A DNA stretch of 59,205 bases, counting the filler, from Jimgerdemannia flammicorona (taxonomy: Eukaryota): assembly GCA_003990765.1 (NCBI GenBank). It is 2 parts of 2 records of this genome, joined end to end, with 100 filler letters (N's around TTAATTAATTAA, not from the genome) between each part and the next. Parts side by side here need not be neighbours in the genome. Positions count along the whole stretch, not along the records: positions 1 to 29,553 come from RBNJ01000488.1; positions 29,654 to 59,205 come from RBNJ01000489.1. One strand, given 5' to 3'. The position numbers were made by a program, and so were the translations under genes. The notes beneath the pieces were generated by a model, which saw only the letters and a program-made list of their open reading frames with translations, made no database searches and was not told the origin of the DNA. This document shows positions 24,174 through 36,526 of this stretch, one piece after another. Position 1 is the stretch's first letter. Every line of letters starts with the position of its first letter.

Positions 24174-26663
24174 ATATCATTATCTGAGTTATCTGAGTTA
24201 TTCAAATTATCAGGTTATCTGATATTCTCAGAGAGCTACTAATTTAGGAGAATCTATGCCAAACCAAGTTATTCATCAAACTAAGTTATCTACTAAATTA
24301 AGTTATCTACCAAATCTGTATAAGAAATATCACCAAGATTATCTTACCAGAAATTGTATACTTTTGGAAATATGATCATTATGAAGAAATTACATAAGAA
24401 GTCTACTTGCACTATATAGAGATCATCATGCTATATAAGATTATTATACAGAAATCACATACATAAGGAATCTATTATGCTACACAGAGACCACTATATG
24501 AAATTACTGCTATACTCAAAAACTATCTCAATAAGAAAATCAACCATTGTATTCAGATTGACTATTATATCACTAAATACTAAGAACTTCAGGAATTATT
24601 AAATATTTTATTACTTTTTGACAAAGTAACTAGGGGCTTAAGCCAAACTATACCAACTCTCAATCTTATAATTTGCCTCCATTGAGCCAGGCATATTATA
24701 TTTAGAACTAAAGATGATTTCAAAAATTAATATAACTTTTTAGCTTACAAGAACCCATAGTCAAACTGGATATATTTGATGTAATATCAATCTCTACTAC
24801 TTTAGAAAAATCAGTTATTATCAGCATTTAGACAGAATGGAAAGTAATTACTTCAAGACTTACCAACTACTCAGTATCAGAAGGATTCCAACCAGAAGCC
24901 AGTATAGTATAGAACTCTTAGCCAGTACAAATAGACTTACTACCAGATCAATCAGGTCAGTCAGATTATATAGACAGCTCTACTAGAGTCTTCAACAAGC
25001 TCTTATAGAAACTTGAAGATCTCATTACATGAAGCTGATTTCCTGTAGAAGTTCTATCAATTTCACTCATTAAACTCCTACCACCAGCTGTCACAGAACA
25101 AGAAAATCAAGAAGTAGCTCCTTCAAGAATACCCAGATCTATTCTACTTGCCTAAGATCTATAACACTATTTTCAGGATACTCAAGTATCCTGAACTCTA
25201 GTAATAATTCAGAAAGTAGATCAGAATCAGAATTGAAATCAGAATCAGAACTGGAATCAGAATTAGAATCAAAAGACAGTGATGATAAAATAGCCACCAT
25301 ATTCAGAATATCCTACAGAGGACTCAAGAGAATTTCTTAATAAAATTGAAAGAATTACAGCTCTGAAGAACCTCTTTTCTGAAAGAAAGTTGCTATCTAT
25401 AAAGCCCAACTCAGAGAACCAGCTAAAGGAATTTTCACCTAAATAAGAAATGATGTACATTCAGACCTTGGAGCAGCCATTAATGTAGTAGGAATATGAC
25501 TAGCAGAGTATGAAGCCATGATCTACTAGCTCATTGAGAAGTATACAGGAAATGAGACTTACCACTAGGCCTAAGAATCCATTATTGGAATGAAGATGAA
25601 TCTTGAAGAATTACTCAGAGCATTCTTTATAAGAATTTAAAAGAGAATGCATATAGCTAGATTCAATACTTCTAACCAAGATATTATAGGCTCAATGATC
25701 TTTATAAATGAAATCCCTCTAAACATTACCCAGTATATCTATACTCTAGATATCAGAAGGTCTGAAGAGCAAGTAGATACAGTCTAAGAATTTTTTGATA
25801 TCAAATAAAGAACTACCTAGAGTGATCATGACAAGAAGGATGATAAGGAGGACATCTTGGTCAAAGTTTTACAAGGACTTCTTCAAGGACAGGAAAGTTC
25901 TAAAGAAAGAAAGCTTACTAAAGAATAGAAGAAGAACAGAAATGAAATTCAAGGCTTTAGATCCAAGCTAGACTGATTGGTTGGACAGATTGAAAAACTC
26001 ACCATATATAAAAATTGAGACTATCTATAAGACAATAGAGGGTATATACTATAAAGGAACTAAGGATATCTATTTAGAGATAATAGGAGCTATTAGTAAG
26101 AAGAAAGGAGACCTCTGTCCAAGATAGAGCCCAAGTTCAGTACTTCTACTATAGATAATTTGGACACTATACTACTAAATATGATAACAAAAGAAGTAAC
26201 TGAAGAGACTCAGAACTACTAAATTGAAGAAATGAAATCCAGTACAAGAAGACTGAAACTCATTCTATCAAAGATTTTGAAGAAGAAAGCAATAGTGAAA
26301 ACTATAGTAATCTGGACTTATATCCAGCCAATGTCATCACTAGGAAAACAGTTTACCTAGCAAAGAAAAGGAAGAGACCTATAGGAAGACCATTTAGAAA
26401 TACCAGCAGAAGAATTCAAGAAGAAGATGAAAAACATGAAGAGGAGCAGATAGAAATACCTCTCCAATCTCTCTCATCCTTTATTCCTGAAATGAATGAA
26501 CTACCCCCAGAAAATAAAGAAATGAAGTAAGAACAACAGAAACCTACTGTCCTAAAGCCCAAGAAGAAGTATACTCCAAAGACTATATCTAGAGACATCT
26601 ATAATAAAGTCTGATAAAAGATTCAAGAAGCCAAGATAGAAGTTCCTCTCCTGCAGTTTCTGC

Positions 26664-26990
26664 TAGTATGCTCAATGAATCAAATTAAATCAAAGGTCCA
26701 ATTTGAACCCTATTTTTCAAAATATAATAACTCAACAAATACACACCCAAATTCAATGATCTTTAGCTTGTTAGATTCTTCTTATATAGAGAAATTGAAC
26801 AAGCTAAAGATAATTGAATTTTGATATGTATTTATTGAGTTATTATATTTCAAAAAATAGGGTTTGAATCAGACCCTTAATTTGATTTGAATTTGATTTG
26901 TTTTGAACTTAATTCGAATTGAAAAATCCCCAATTTGATTTGATTGGAATGACTCTCAATTTTATTGATTTGATTCATTTGGAAGTACTA
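26664..26990. mobile_element. 327-bp hAT-type MITE with a long internal palindrome
   Basis: Absent from the sister copy (~20980-21000). TIRs TAGTATGCTCAATGAATCAAAT / TAGTACTTCCAAATGAATCAAAT; 8-bp TSD GTTTCTGC / GTTCCTAC. Confidence 0.85.
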
Positions 26991-28769
26991 GTTCCTACAA
27001 CTGATACTAGCTGGAGTCTGAAACTAACTGTTGAGAACCACTAGATCTAATACTGGTCAAGTCTTAATTCTATAGCAAGAACTAGCTCTCACTCCTATTT
27101 AAGCTGCAGAGAGACATATCAGCACCTATCTACATAGAGATATTAGAGGACAAAAGGTGAAAATTCTCATAGATACAGGAGTAGCTATCTGTATTATTGC
27201 TAAATAATTTCTGGATACCCTCTAATAGCCTATTGATAGATCATTCAATCTCAGTATCATAGTAGCAGATAGAGCCTAAACTCAACCCCTTGGAGAGGTA
27301 TAATCTGGGACACATTCAGTTCTCTATTATAAAAGCTATTATCACTGAAGCTATTCCCTATGATATAATCCTTAGCACCAACTGGATAAAGGAAACAAAT
27401 ATAGTTGTTGATATCAGTCAACAAGTACTCAAGTTCAATTACTGAGGCAAGAAGTATAGAGTTAAGATAACTAGCTATGAGTAATCAAAGAAGAAGAAGA
27501 AGATCACTATCCAGAAAGAATATGCTAGTAGTAAAGAGTCTACCATAGAAGAGAAAGAAGAATCTGAAGATAGAAATGATTCCAAACTCAGTCTATAAAT
27601 CAACCTAGTAGATGACAGGCCAGAAGATAATGTATGAGCCAGAAATACTATCTCCATTACTATTAAAGCCATTGTAGGATAGATCAAAGGATACCCTATC
27701 TATCTCAAAAGATACAAGTATCTCAAACACTTATTCAAGATTATTGGAACAAGGAAATTGCCTAGCACAGCCTGCCCTAAGTACAGAAAAAGAAAGAAGA
27801 AGTGTAGATATGTCCTGAAGACATCCACAGCCAAAGCTACAGAAGTGTAAGTGATTTGGAGACAAGAATCATCTGAGAAAGAAGAAACCCCTGAGTAAGA
27901 GGTTTCTGAACAAGAAGTATCTGAGGAGGAAGAGCCCCCTGAACTCATTCCCTAAAATAATCCTTGCTGAAAACTACTTAAAGATAATGATCTCTAGAAT
28001 ATTGAAGAAGAACCAAGTACAATCACTATTGTCTCAAAATAAGAAATACATCAGGAAAGAGCCTTTCAGCTAGAAAGATATCTACACCAAATGACCTTCT
28101 ACTCTCCCTGAGACTACTACTATCAGTGTCACCTACTGGATTAATAAGAAAGACAGAGACCCTAAAGGTCAAAACTCCCAACTATAATTACACAGTCAAC
28201 TATCTTCCAAGAAGTCACTATATGATTATAAAGCTAAGCTATAGGATAAGACCTTTTCATCCAAATAGAAGTATATCTCTTGGCCACCCTTTCTCTAACC
28301 TATGACTAAGATGGATATCAATTCTCAAGACAATAAGAGATTAATAACCAAGAATAGTATTTCTGAGCAATGGGATATTATAATTATAGAAGACACTCAG
28401 ACTGCCAAGACTGTAGATACCAGAAGATTCACCTTAGCCAAGATGTTATAATTTACATTCTAAAGAAAAGAGTTAACAGAATTCAGATTTGAAAAAGTCA
28501 GACCAAGAAACCAGGAAGAAGGACTCTCAAGATCTATAATTTAGGAAAAGATATCCTAGCTCTCATCTGATATATAATCTATCAAGGATGGGTAGAAGAT
28601 ATTACCAACTTTATGGAAGCCCTAGATCCTATAGGAAAAAGAGGAATTAACTATCTCTGAGATTCCTCTACTAGAGCCAGATGGCTATATCTCAATCTCA
28701 GAGTCTGGAGACTTTCTGTCAGTAGAGCTTCAGCCCAAGAATAGCTCAAACTCAGTTAAGATATTGCCC

Positions 28770-29170
28770 AGTACATTCTGCTACATTCCAAGACCAAACT
28801 ACTGACCAAAGCTTATTAAGAAGATATAGAATATGATCTTTATAATCTGGAAGATAAACCCATTAGGCCTGGAAGAACATTGGTATTCATAACAGAACTA
28901 GCTATATAACTATCTAAAAGAACTTACATCTAACTGACCTCAAGGTCTGGACTTATCAGAAAAGAGGTAATTATAGAAAGAGGAACTATAGACCCAGGAT
29001 ATACAGGTAAAATCAAAATCATCCTGTATAATAGTAGTATAGAATGGCACCAAATCCTTAAAGAGTAGAAGATTGCTCAAGCAGTCTTTATAAAAGTCAA
29101 GATCTCTCAATTATAAGAAGTCTCCAAACTGACTGAAGGAATAAGACAAGCTGAAGGATTTGGAAGCTCA
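28770..29170 (+). pseudogene. dut: dUTPase domain of the host gypsy copy
   Basis: YDL, SRSGL, GTIDPGYTGKIK, KIAQ and RQAEGFGS motifs. Confidence 0.88.
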
Positions 29171-29553
29171 GACAAGAAAGAAGTACATCTCCTCCAGGTC
29201 AACTACCTTAAGAAGGATACTCTTCAGTATGCATAAGAATCTCATTCTGGAGCCCAGAGAGCAAACCACCTTCTTCTTTAAACCTAATGAAGATATCTCA
29301 AACCTAGATAGTGAGAGATATATATTTTCTGATAAGATAAATCCAGTGTACTCCCAAGTAATCAAACAGAGCTGGGAAAGTATTGTTTTATCAAAAAGAA
29401 CCATAATAGGATATCTAGTGCTCTTTCTCAATCAAACTCACAGAGAAGTCTATGAGCTTGAGGGGCATTGGTTAGGGTGGATGGAGGCATTTATATTTAT
29501 GTATTATCTATAGAGTGTGTGTAATAAAGGGAAGTCCAAGTGACTTAAAAAAA

Positions 29554-29653
29554 NNNNNNNNNNNNNNNNNNNNNNNNNNNNNNNNNNNNNNNNNNNNTTA
29601 ATTAATTAANNNNNNNNNNNNNNNNNNNNNNNNNNNNNNNNNNNNNNNNNNNN
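29554..29653. other. Assembly gap / artificial contig linker (44 N + TTAATTAATTAA + 44 N)
   Basis: Exactly 100 bp, with a 12-mer that places stops in all six frames. Confidence 0.95.
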
Positions 29654-30822
29654 CCCCCCCCTCGACATTACTCTCTTGTTATTTCCTGGTTCGGTCTTTT
29701 GTCCCCGATCGCTTTTTTCGCTTTCAGCCCCCCTCGACATTACTCTCTTCTTTTCCAAGTCCGGCTCGCCCGACTTTCGTTCCTTGGGATTCTCCCCACA
29801 ATGCTTCGTCATACTGCATATGCGCCGACACGTTGGTGGTACTCCCCCTTCCGGTTGAGAGTCCCCGCCGTGAACGCGCGTCGAACCGTGCTGTGTGTAC
29901 CGCGCTTAAATTGGTTAATCTTTTGCCTCAGTATCTGTTTGCCTTGGCAATCTGCTCACAGTCACTGACAGGAACCAAGGTTTCGCCCTTATCCCTAAGG
30001 ACCTTTACCTGGTTGGACTTCGGTCCCTGTTAGACGATTCGGCTTATGCCTCGACGTCTCTAACGTTGCCGGAAGTTTCCTCCTTATCCGAATCGGACTT
30101 TCCAACATTTTTTCTGCCATCATTCGCAACTTGTTTTTGTCGGGTTGTTTTACTCGTGGTGCCGTCATTCGTGCCTATCTATTTCCTGCTTTGATTCACT
30201 GACGAACACTCATTAGTTATTGTCTTTTACCATTGTGTAGGTTTGATCAGTTCATGTTATTTGAGTATCCAGGCGATAGGTTATTCCCTTTTTTTTTTTT
30301 TTTTTTTTTTTTTTGTATCTTCGGAGGAAATGCAATAATTAACAATGTGTACCAATAAGTCCTTTGCGTACTTTGAGATACGTCTAGATATGGTAACTGA
30401 AGTGTGTTAATTGTATACTTAGAACTGTAACTGCATATTCGCTGGTAGCTAATATTTATCGCTGAGCTCATGTATTGAAAATAAATTAATATATATACAC
30501 TTTAGAGATGAGTGAACGATGTAATCGCAACTTGGTCATGATGGATAACCAAACACAATACTGCATGGGAGCACGAGTTCCGGCGATCGTAATATGGAGA
30601 TGGTTTGCAGATAGGCGACGGGCAAGCATGTGCGCGGAAGAGTAGGGTGTCCCTTGGATGGTGGCGACAGCATTTGGTGGGAGGAGACGAAGATGAGATA
30701 GGTTGAAAAGTTATTTGTGATCTTCCGAAAATGTACAAAGTTTCGTTCACCTTCTACCAGCCCCACACAACCGAATCCTCCATCTCATCATTTTTCGCCT
30801 CTGCTCCGTCTCTCCATATCAT

Positions 30823-32059
30823 CTACACATCCATACTCTTCCACTCCCCCGCCCCTTCCTCCTCCTCGACTCTCACCACCCCCAGCTTCCACCCGACACC
30901 GATACCATCAATTTCTCCCCACCCGTGCAATGCCCAGTCCCCGATCTTGTACTGTGGATTGGGTATGGTGGACGACACGAAGAGCGATGATCTTGTTCGC
31001 CAGTCGGACGATCTTCCATGGCGCCGGGAGAATGGTACTCGTTCCGACATCTCCAGTGGTATCCATCGACGGGAGTGGTGTCTGAATGACCTCTAGAGCA
31101 CGGAACATCTGAAATGGTAAGGCCTTCCTGATGCACGAGCGACACCTGTCAATTCTTCCGTAGACACTTGTTCCGCTGTACATGCAGGTTCTCCTTCAGC
31201 ACTCCTCGCGCTCTCAACGGCTCGTTGGCGGGTCATGATCTCGGTGTTGGTCCTGCGCCGCTTTACTCTGCAAGGGTTTGGAATAATCTCTATCACCTGC
31301 GATGGGAGACACTGGGGTTTGGTCGTCGTCGGCAGATCCGGGGGCCTCGTTCTGACGCTTGGCGGCACGAGGCTGGGGCTCGGGGGATGGAGTTGATGAC
31401 GAACATAGACCTCGCCACCTTTTCGAGATTGAGATTGTGGTGGATGGGGACGTGGACAAGGATGGAGCGGCGGCACTTGCTTGGATTCTCGACGACGGGT
31501 CTAGGTTTTGCTTGGCCGCGCTATCGACCTCGGATTGCGGAAGGATAGCATCGCCTTCTTGATAAACCGTCTCATCCTTTTCCCTTCCGTCTCTTTTACC
31601 TCGCTCCATTCGACTCTGGCTCATCCGGGTCAACATCGTCCTGCTTCCTCTTCGCCGGCACGACGAGTCCGTCTCGTACACCCTCTCCTTCGCCGTCACG
31701 GCCAGTCTTCAATGCAGTTGCACAATGGGTGCACTGCAACCCGCACAGGACGCAGTCCGCGGTTGGAGGGGATTGGTCTTGGCGTGTCATATGCCCTTGT
31801 TAAATTCCCTCCTTCTGCGGCTGCGCATGGCTTCCTAGAACTGGCTGGTGAGCTCGATGTTGAGGTACCCCGATACGCGGATAACGGGGTGAGCTCGAGG
31901 GGAACGTCGCCGTCGTAGACATCCCAGAATTCGGCCAGCCTCTGGAGTTGCGTTTCTCTCTCTCTGGCAGGGGTGGTGGCAGCGGCGGGGGTGAGTCGTG
32001 GGGCTCAAAATGGAGGCTGTGGATGTAGAAAATGGGTTAGAATTTCTGGCATTTGTCAT
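30823..32059 (-). pseudogene. Frameshifted low-complexity/disordered protein gene with a CxxC-x3-CxxC motif
   Basis: GC-rich coding-like segments join across frameshifts: MTNARNSNPF... / QLQRLAEFWDVYDGDVPLEL...CVLCGLQCTHC... / QEGDAILPQSEVD... No family recognised. Confidence 0.4.
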
Positions 32060-32856
32060 GGCGTTCTCGTGAGTGAGCGAAAGGTAAGGAGGCAAGGGGC
32101 ATAAGCATTCAGTATATATTGCTACATCGCACAGTTAAACGTGATATCGCGATAATATGTCATATTCATGCCATCTCTATCGGCATTGTCTTGGACTACA
32201 TGTAATTTTAAGAGGTAACAAATTAATTTGTTGCCAACGAATTCACCGACCCTATCTACGAGAAACCCTGTGAAAAATAATGAAACCCCGGAGGAAACGT
32301 AAAGTCTTCTGGTATTTTTTATTTGTAGCAAATGAGGGTCGTTGACTTTGAGCTGGAAGGTGTGCAGTATATGATGGACGGTTGTGTTTTGGGTCATGAA
32401 TTTCGAATTTCAGGTGCTCTAGCGATTTTCAGTTCGGATTCCGAAGAGGCAGGTAGGATCAGTGCTTACACAAACTCAGGCTGTAAAAGCTCCAACTATT
32501 CTTTATCCCGCTATCTCAAATTTTAATTGCATATTTTAATACTAGGAATAAGCATATTGGAATGTGATTTACATATTCTTGATATATGGTGTTTCCGGTG
32601 CGAGACTCGTAGAGACAAAGAGACAAAAAAAACACGGCCAATGCTTTGACTCTACATACTGCGCATAGTCCAGGTCACGATAAACGGCCCATCATTTTTA
32701 CATATAGGAAATGCTAGAAGACTCGATTTAAAGATATTAATGTGGAATATGTAAAAAATCAAAGGCACAATAGAGCTGTGTGTATTGTTCATGATGCTGT
32801 TTAGCTTTTAAAATAATCCATTCCACTGCCGATGCCTGTGCCCGCATACGAAATGT

Positions 32857-33342
32857 CTATTCGAGGTCGTGGAATTGGAGCTGAAAGCGAATCAAGCGCA
32901 TGTCGGGGTCTGTAACAATGTGGTCCACACTGAGCTGGGTCCTATTAACTTTTGTTACCAGCTCCAACTTGAATCTTTCCAACTCTTCTTCGACCTTAAA
33001 GCGTTCTTCGACAAAGTCAAAGAAAACTGACCAGTCTACGCGGTCGCAGGCGCTGCGCTCCACGGGTTCGAGACTTGTCAACATCTCCTTTTGGTTCCTA
33101 CTATCCGCGGGGAGCTTTGCTGTTGCCGCTACCAGTCTCCCTGGCTCCGAGGTCCGGAAACGCAAGTCAAGCACCCAATTTTTTCGGTTCTTCACCAGGA
33201 CCTTGTCGCGGATCATTTGGATGAAGCGCGCAATGAACACGCCGTACACCTCCATCATAGGGCTAAGGCGGGACACTTCATCTTCAGGAGGTGTGCGGGA
33301 CCGACGTTTTGAGGCACGACGGCGAGAGAATGCGTTGCCCAT
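32857..33342 (-). CDS. Orphan family A copy 1: putative N-myristoylated small protein, 161 aa (two in-frame deletions relative to paralogs)
   Basis: MGNAFSRRRASKRR start; homologous to the four other copies; TATA-like element at ~33428. Confidence 0.7.
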   Translation of the reverse strand: MGNAFSRRRASKRRSRTPPEDEVSRLSPMMEVYGVFIARFIQMIRDKVLVKNRKNWVLDLRFRTSEPGRLVAATAKLPADSRNQKEMLTSLEPVERSACDRVDWSVFFDFVEERFKVEEELERFKLELVTKVNRTQLSVDHIVTDPDMRLIRFQLQFHDLE

Positions 33343-33619
33343 GTTGGATTGGCTGAAAGTACAGCAAAGCGTTGGGTTGAGGTGTAAAATGAATGGATTA
33401 AAGTTGTTTCAGACCAGACTGGAAGCGTTTATATAGTTGGACATTTTAGACCTTTATGAAGATGATTCATAGATTCAGAACCATGAGTGGCATGTAACGT
33501 AATGCTGTGACTTGCTCGCGTGGTATTGCCACGGCGTGTGTAACAACGGACAACTAGTCTCCACGGGTGCATCCCCTTCTGGTACTCTGGCATGCATTTT
33601 CTTCCCCCCCAAGAATATT

Positions 33620-34620
33620 ACAATGTAATCAGCTATCGTTTCCGACCCGGAAATAATGAACCAATAGTTGAATATTTGATGGAAATTGGCTTTATTCAGG
33701 GTGTCCGTGTGGGATTTTACCATAGTTATAAGAACGAAGGCACTGGCTATTTTGGAGCGCACCGGGCGTGCCGTCTAAATCCCGGAGGTATTGGACGAGT
33801 TCAGTAAATATCCGATATGTATTCCCGAGAATGAATCCCCCTAACACGGTCAAGATCATTGAAGTCGGTTTTTTACAACCATCTACAAGATATGCCCACG
33901 GTTTCGAATCGGAATTTCTACACCCACAGCCCGACAATAATGTCGCCAGGATTATCCACGGCCTCATTCATGGTATCAAGTAAATTTTGAGTTAGGAAAC
34001 GAAAGACGAGGGAGAATGCAATTACGACTCGGTGGTCATTGGCAAGCTTTGATCAGCGCACTCATAGCGTCTTTGAAATCTAGATAGAAAAGATTGGCTC
34101 ATTAGGATAGTGAAATGTCATTCGTAACGGTTGAGTCATGCGTGTGTGCAAATGCCTATCTCCCGTCTCTATCGTCATTTATAACAATTGCAACGCGTGT
34201 CTAACGGAAGAAAAATAAATAAATCTTTCAGAGCTTCCAAAAATCAGTTAATTGATCTTATTGAATCTTCATGACCGATAGAAACGACCAGCACTTTTCT
34301 GAAAAGAATATTCTTTTTCTTTCTTTTTTTTTTCTTTTTTTTTGGTGACGTTTTAATAAGCAACGCTTTGTCATCCGCATTTCGCAGACAGAAAATGTAT
34401 CGCCTTTTGTAATGCTGGAGTCCAGATTACAACTGATAATCCTGATCGATGGTAAACCCGATAACTTGATCTATGATAACGAGGAAGTGCTCGCCCTCAA
34501 AATTAAGCACACATAAAATCTCACCCCTCAAATCAACTTAAGATCGGATAAGCTACACATGAAGATTTCGGATCAGGTTTCGCGACTACTTTAAGCACGT
34601 GCTCCATCACGTGTTTCGGC
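33620..34620 (+). pseudogene. Family B copy 1: decayed gene with an atypical-kinase-like DGKPDN motif
   Basis: Homologous to 48830-50370 and 55100-56190; DGKPDNLIYDNEE at 34448; multiple deletions and stops. Confidence 0.55.
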
Positions 34621-34637
34621 TATCGCATAATAGTATA

Positions 34638-35178
34638 CAGTCGGACCTCCATACTTTATCTTGCGGTTGACTAATGAAATAACTGTCACATGTGAATAAT
34701 TTATATGCTGTATATAATTACAAGCCGTAGCTGCGCAAGCACATGCTACTATAAGTTGCATAAGCTATGCGTCTCAACTGCATAAGTCATATAAGCCATA
34801 AAAGCCGCAAGCACAAGCTATAACTGTAAAAGTCGCAAGTAACTATATAAGTCGCATAAGCCGTATAGTCATATAAGCCATACAAGCCACAAACCGTGAA
34901 AGCCACATAAGCAAGCCGTAATCAATAATAACTGCCTAGCAACAATTAAAATTAATTACCCGGTATTTCAAAAATTGTAACCAGGTTTCTGAGTATTATT
35001 TTGCAGAATACCAGTAATGTGTTTTTCACTTATAGAGGGAGCTCTTATATAGAGGGATCTGGAAAAAGCTTGCACTTGCAGTTGTAGAGAGTTTGAGCTT
35101 AGTACTAGGTCCCGAGCTTGGGACTGAGCCTAGTCTTGCACTTAGAGAGGGTTTTCACTTATTATGAAGGTTCGACTG
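34638..35178. mobile_element. Non-autonomous Tc1/mariner-superfamily element (~540 bp) with internal ~9-bp repeats
   Basis: TA|CAGTCGGACCTCCATA ... TATGAAGGTTCGACTG|TA; cataagccr-type repeats at 34720-34920. Confidence 0.8.
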
Positions 35179-35254
35179 TAATGCGAATTGTTCATTACAA
35201 TAACCCTCCACTAACGAATTGGCTGCGGGTACATGTGCTCTACATACAAAATGT

Positions 35255-35681
35255 CTATTGAAAGTCATGGAATTGGAGTTGAAAGCGAATCAATCACATG
35301 TCGGGGTCCTTCGAAGGCCAATACACCGATGGGTTTGCCTTTGTAATGATGTGGTCGACTGTGAGTGGGCCTATATTAACCTTTGTCACCAGTTCCAACT
35401 TGAATCTTTCAAAATCCGCCTCGGTCTCGCCAAAGCGCTCCTCGATGAAGTCCAGGAAGTTGCCCAGTCCAGTCGGTCACAGGCGCTGCGCTCCACGGAT
35501 TTGAGCTTTTTCAACATTTCCTTTCGATTCTTACTGTCCGCGGGGCCCTTTGCTGTTGCTGCTATCAGCCTCTCTGGCTCCGAGTTCGGGAATCGCAAGT
35601 CAAGCACCACAAAGCTGCCCCAGTTTTTTCGGTTCTTCGCTAGGACGTTGTCGTGGATCATCTGGATGAAGCACACAATGA
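35255..35681 (-). pseudogene. Family A copy 2: 5'-truncated at the copia remnant and frameshifted
   Basis: Closely matches copy 5 from CFIQMIHDN to the stop; 1-nt frameshift near 35455; N-terminus replaced by AT-rich TE DNA. Confidence 0.85.
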
Positions 35682-35689
35682 TACCTAAG

Positions 35690-36510
35690 CCATGCATTTT
35701 CAAGTTAGTGAAAAATAATAATGTTAATTAAGCAAAGTATATACCAATATAGCCAATGATAATTTATAGATTCAGATATCATGTAATATATGACAGCCTA
35801 TTAAGAATAGTTCCATGATGAGTCTTTTGAGCATCTGGTGCCAATCATATTAGGTGATAATAATGTTATATATACTTAAGGAAGAGGAAATATCAGTATA
35901 CATCTCCATGGGAATATTGTGAAGTCTGCTGGTACTTTTCAGAATATACTATATATTCCAAAGATAGAAAAGAATCTTTTCTCAATTGGCAAAATGATGA
36001 TCTGCAGTGATATATATATACTCAATGGAAGTAACTATATATAGTTTGAAGAATGATAAGAAGATTATTATAGTATTGAAACAAGGCAATCTTTATATGA
36101 TCAATAGTATGCTAAATAATACAAAAGCCTCCACATATGTGACAACTATGCCTAATGTATCCAACATATAGCATCAATATTTAGAATATATAGACAATAT
36201 AAGTCTGAAAAGAATGATCAGAAATAGATCTATATGAAGATTACAAGCAATATATCTTAAGAGTTTCTGCACTATATATATAGCAAATAAGTATTCTGAT
36301 GAGTATTTTAGAAATAGACAAAATATATATCTAGTATACTTAATTTAATTTATATAGATATATATAGTCTGATCATACTACTTTCTATAGCAGAAAGAGA
36401 TATTTCACAGAGACAACTAGTCATATTTCTTCACTAATATTCATATTATATATATTTTATAATATATTTCTAAAGTGGTTTATTAGAGAAAGATAATAAT
36501 AATATGATGA
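35690..36510 (+). mobile_element. Ty1/copia remnant (protease, GAG-pre-integrase, start of integrase)
   Basis: FIDSD..YMT (DSG-type protease), GDNN..GRGNI, NILYIPKIEKNLFSIG, *HQYLEY (WHxRLGH) and LIYIDI (LIHSD) remnants. Confidence 0.75.
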
Positions 36511-36526
36511 CTAACAAGCATACTGA

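Larger units (their letters stand above)
13250..29460 (+). mobile_element. Degenerate Ty3/gypsy element (host copy): 5' LTR 13250-14110 + 24174-24700, then gag, protease, spacer and dUTPase to ~29460, where it is cut off
   Basis: 24700-29460 is colinear with the reverse complement of 22910-18460. The LTR ends are mutated TG->TA and CA->TA. Protease ILIDTGVAICII at ~27165; dUTPase at ~28770-29170. Confidence 0.85.

Noticed and set aside
29654..30230. Charged minus-strand ORF fragments with a ~72-bp repeat
   Set aside because: Truncated by the gap and interrupted by stops; cannot be assigned.
32900..33436. Antisense ORFs over family A (also 35219-35731, 53864-54274, 54132-54533) as an overlapping second gene
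   Set aside because: Frames, starts and lengths differ between copies, whereas the minus-strand frame and its ATG context are conserved.
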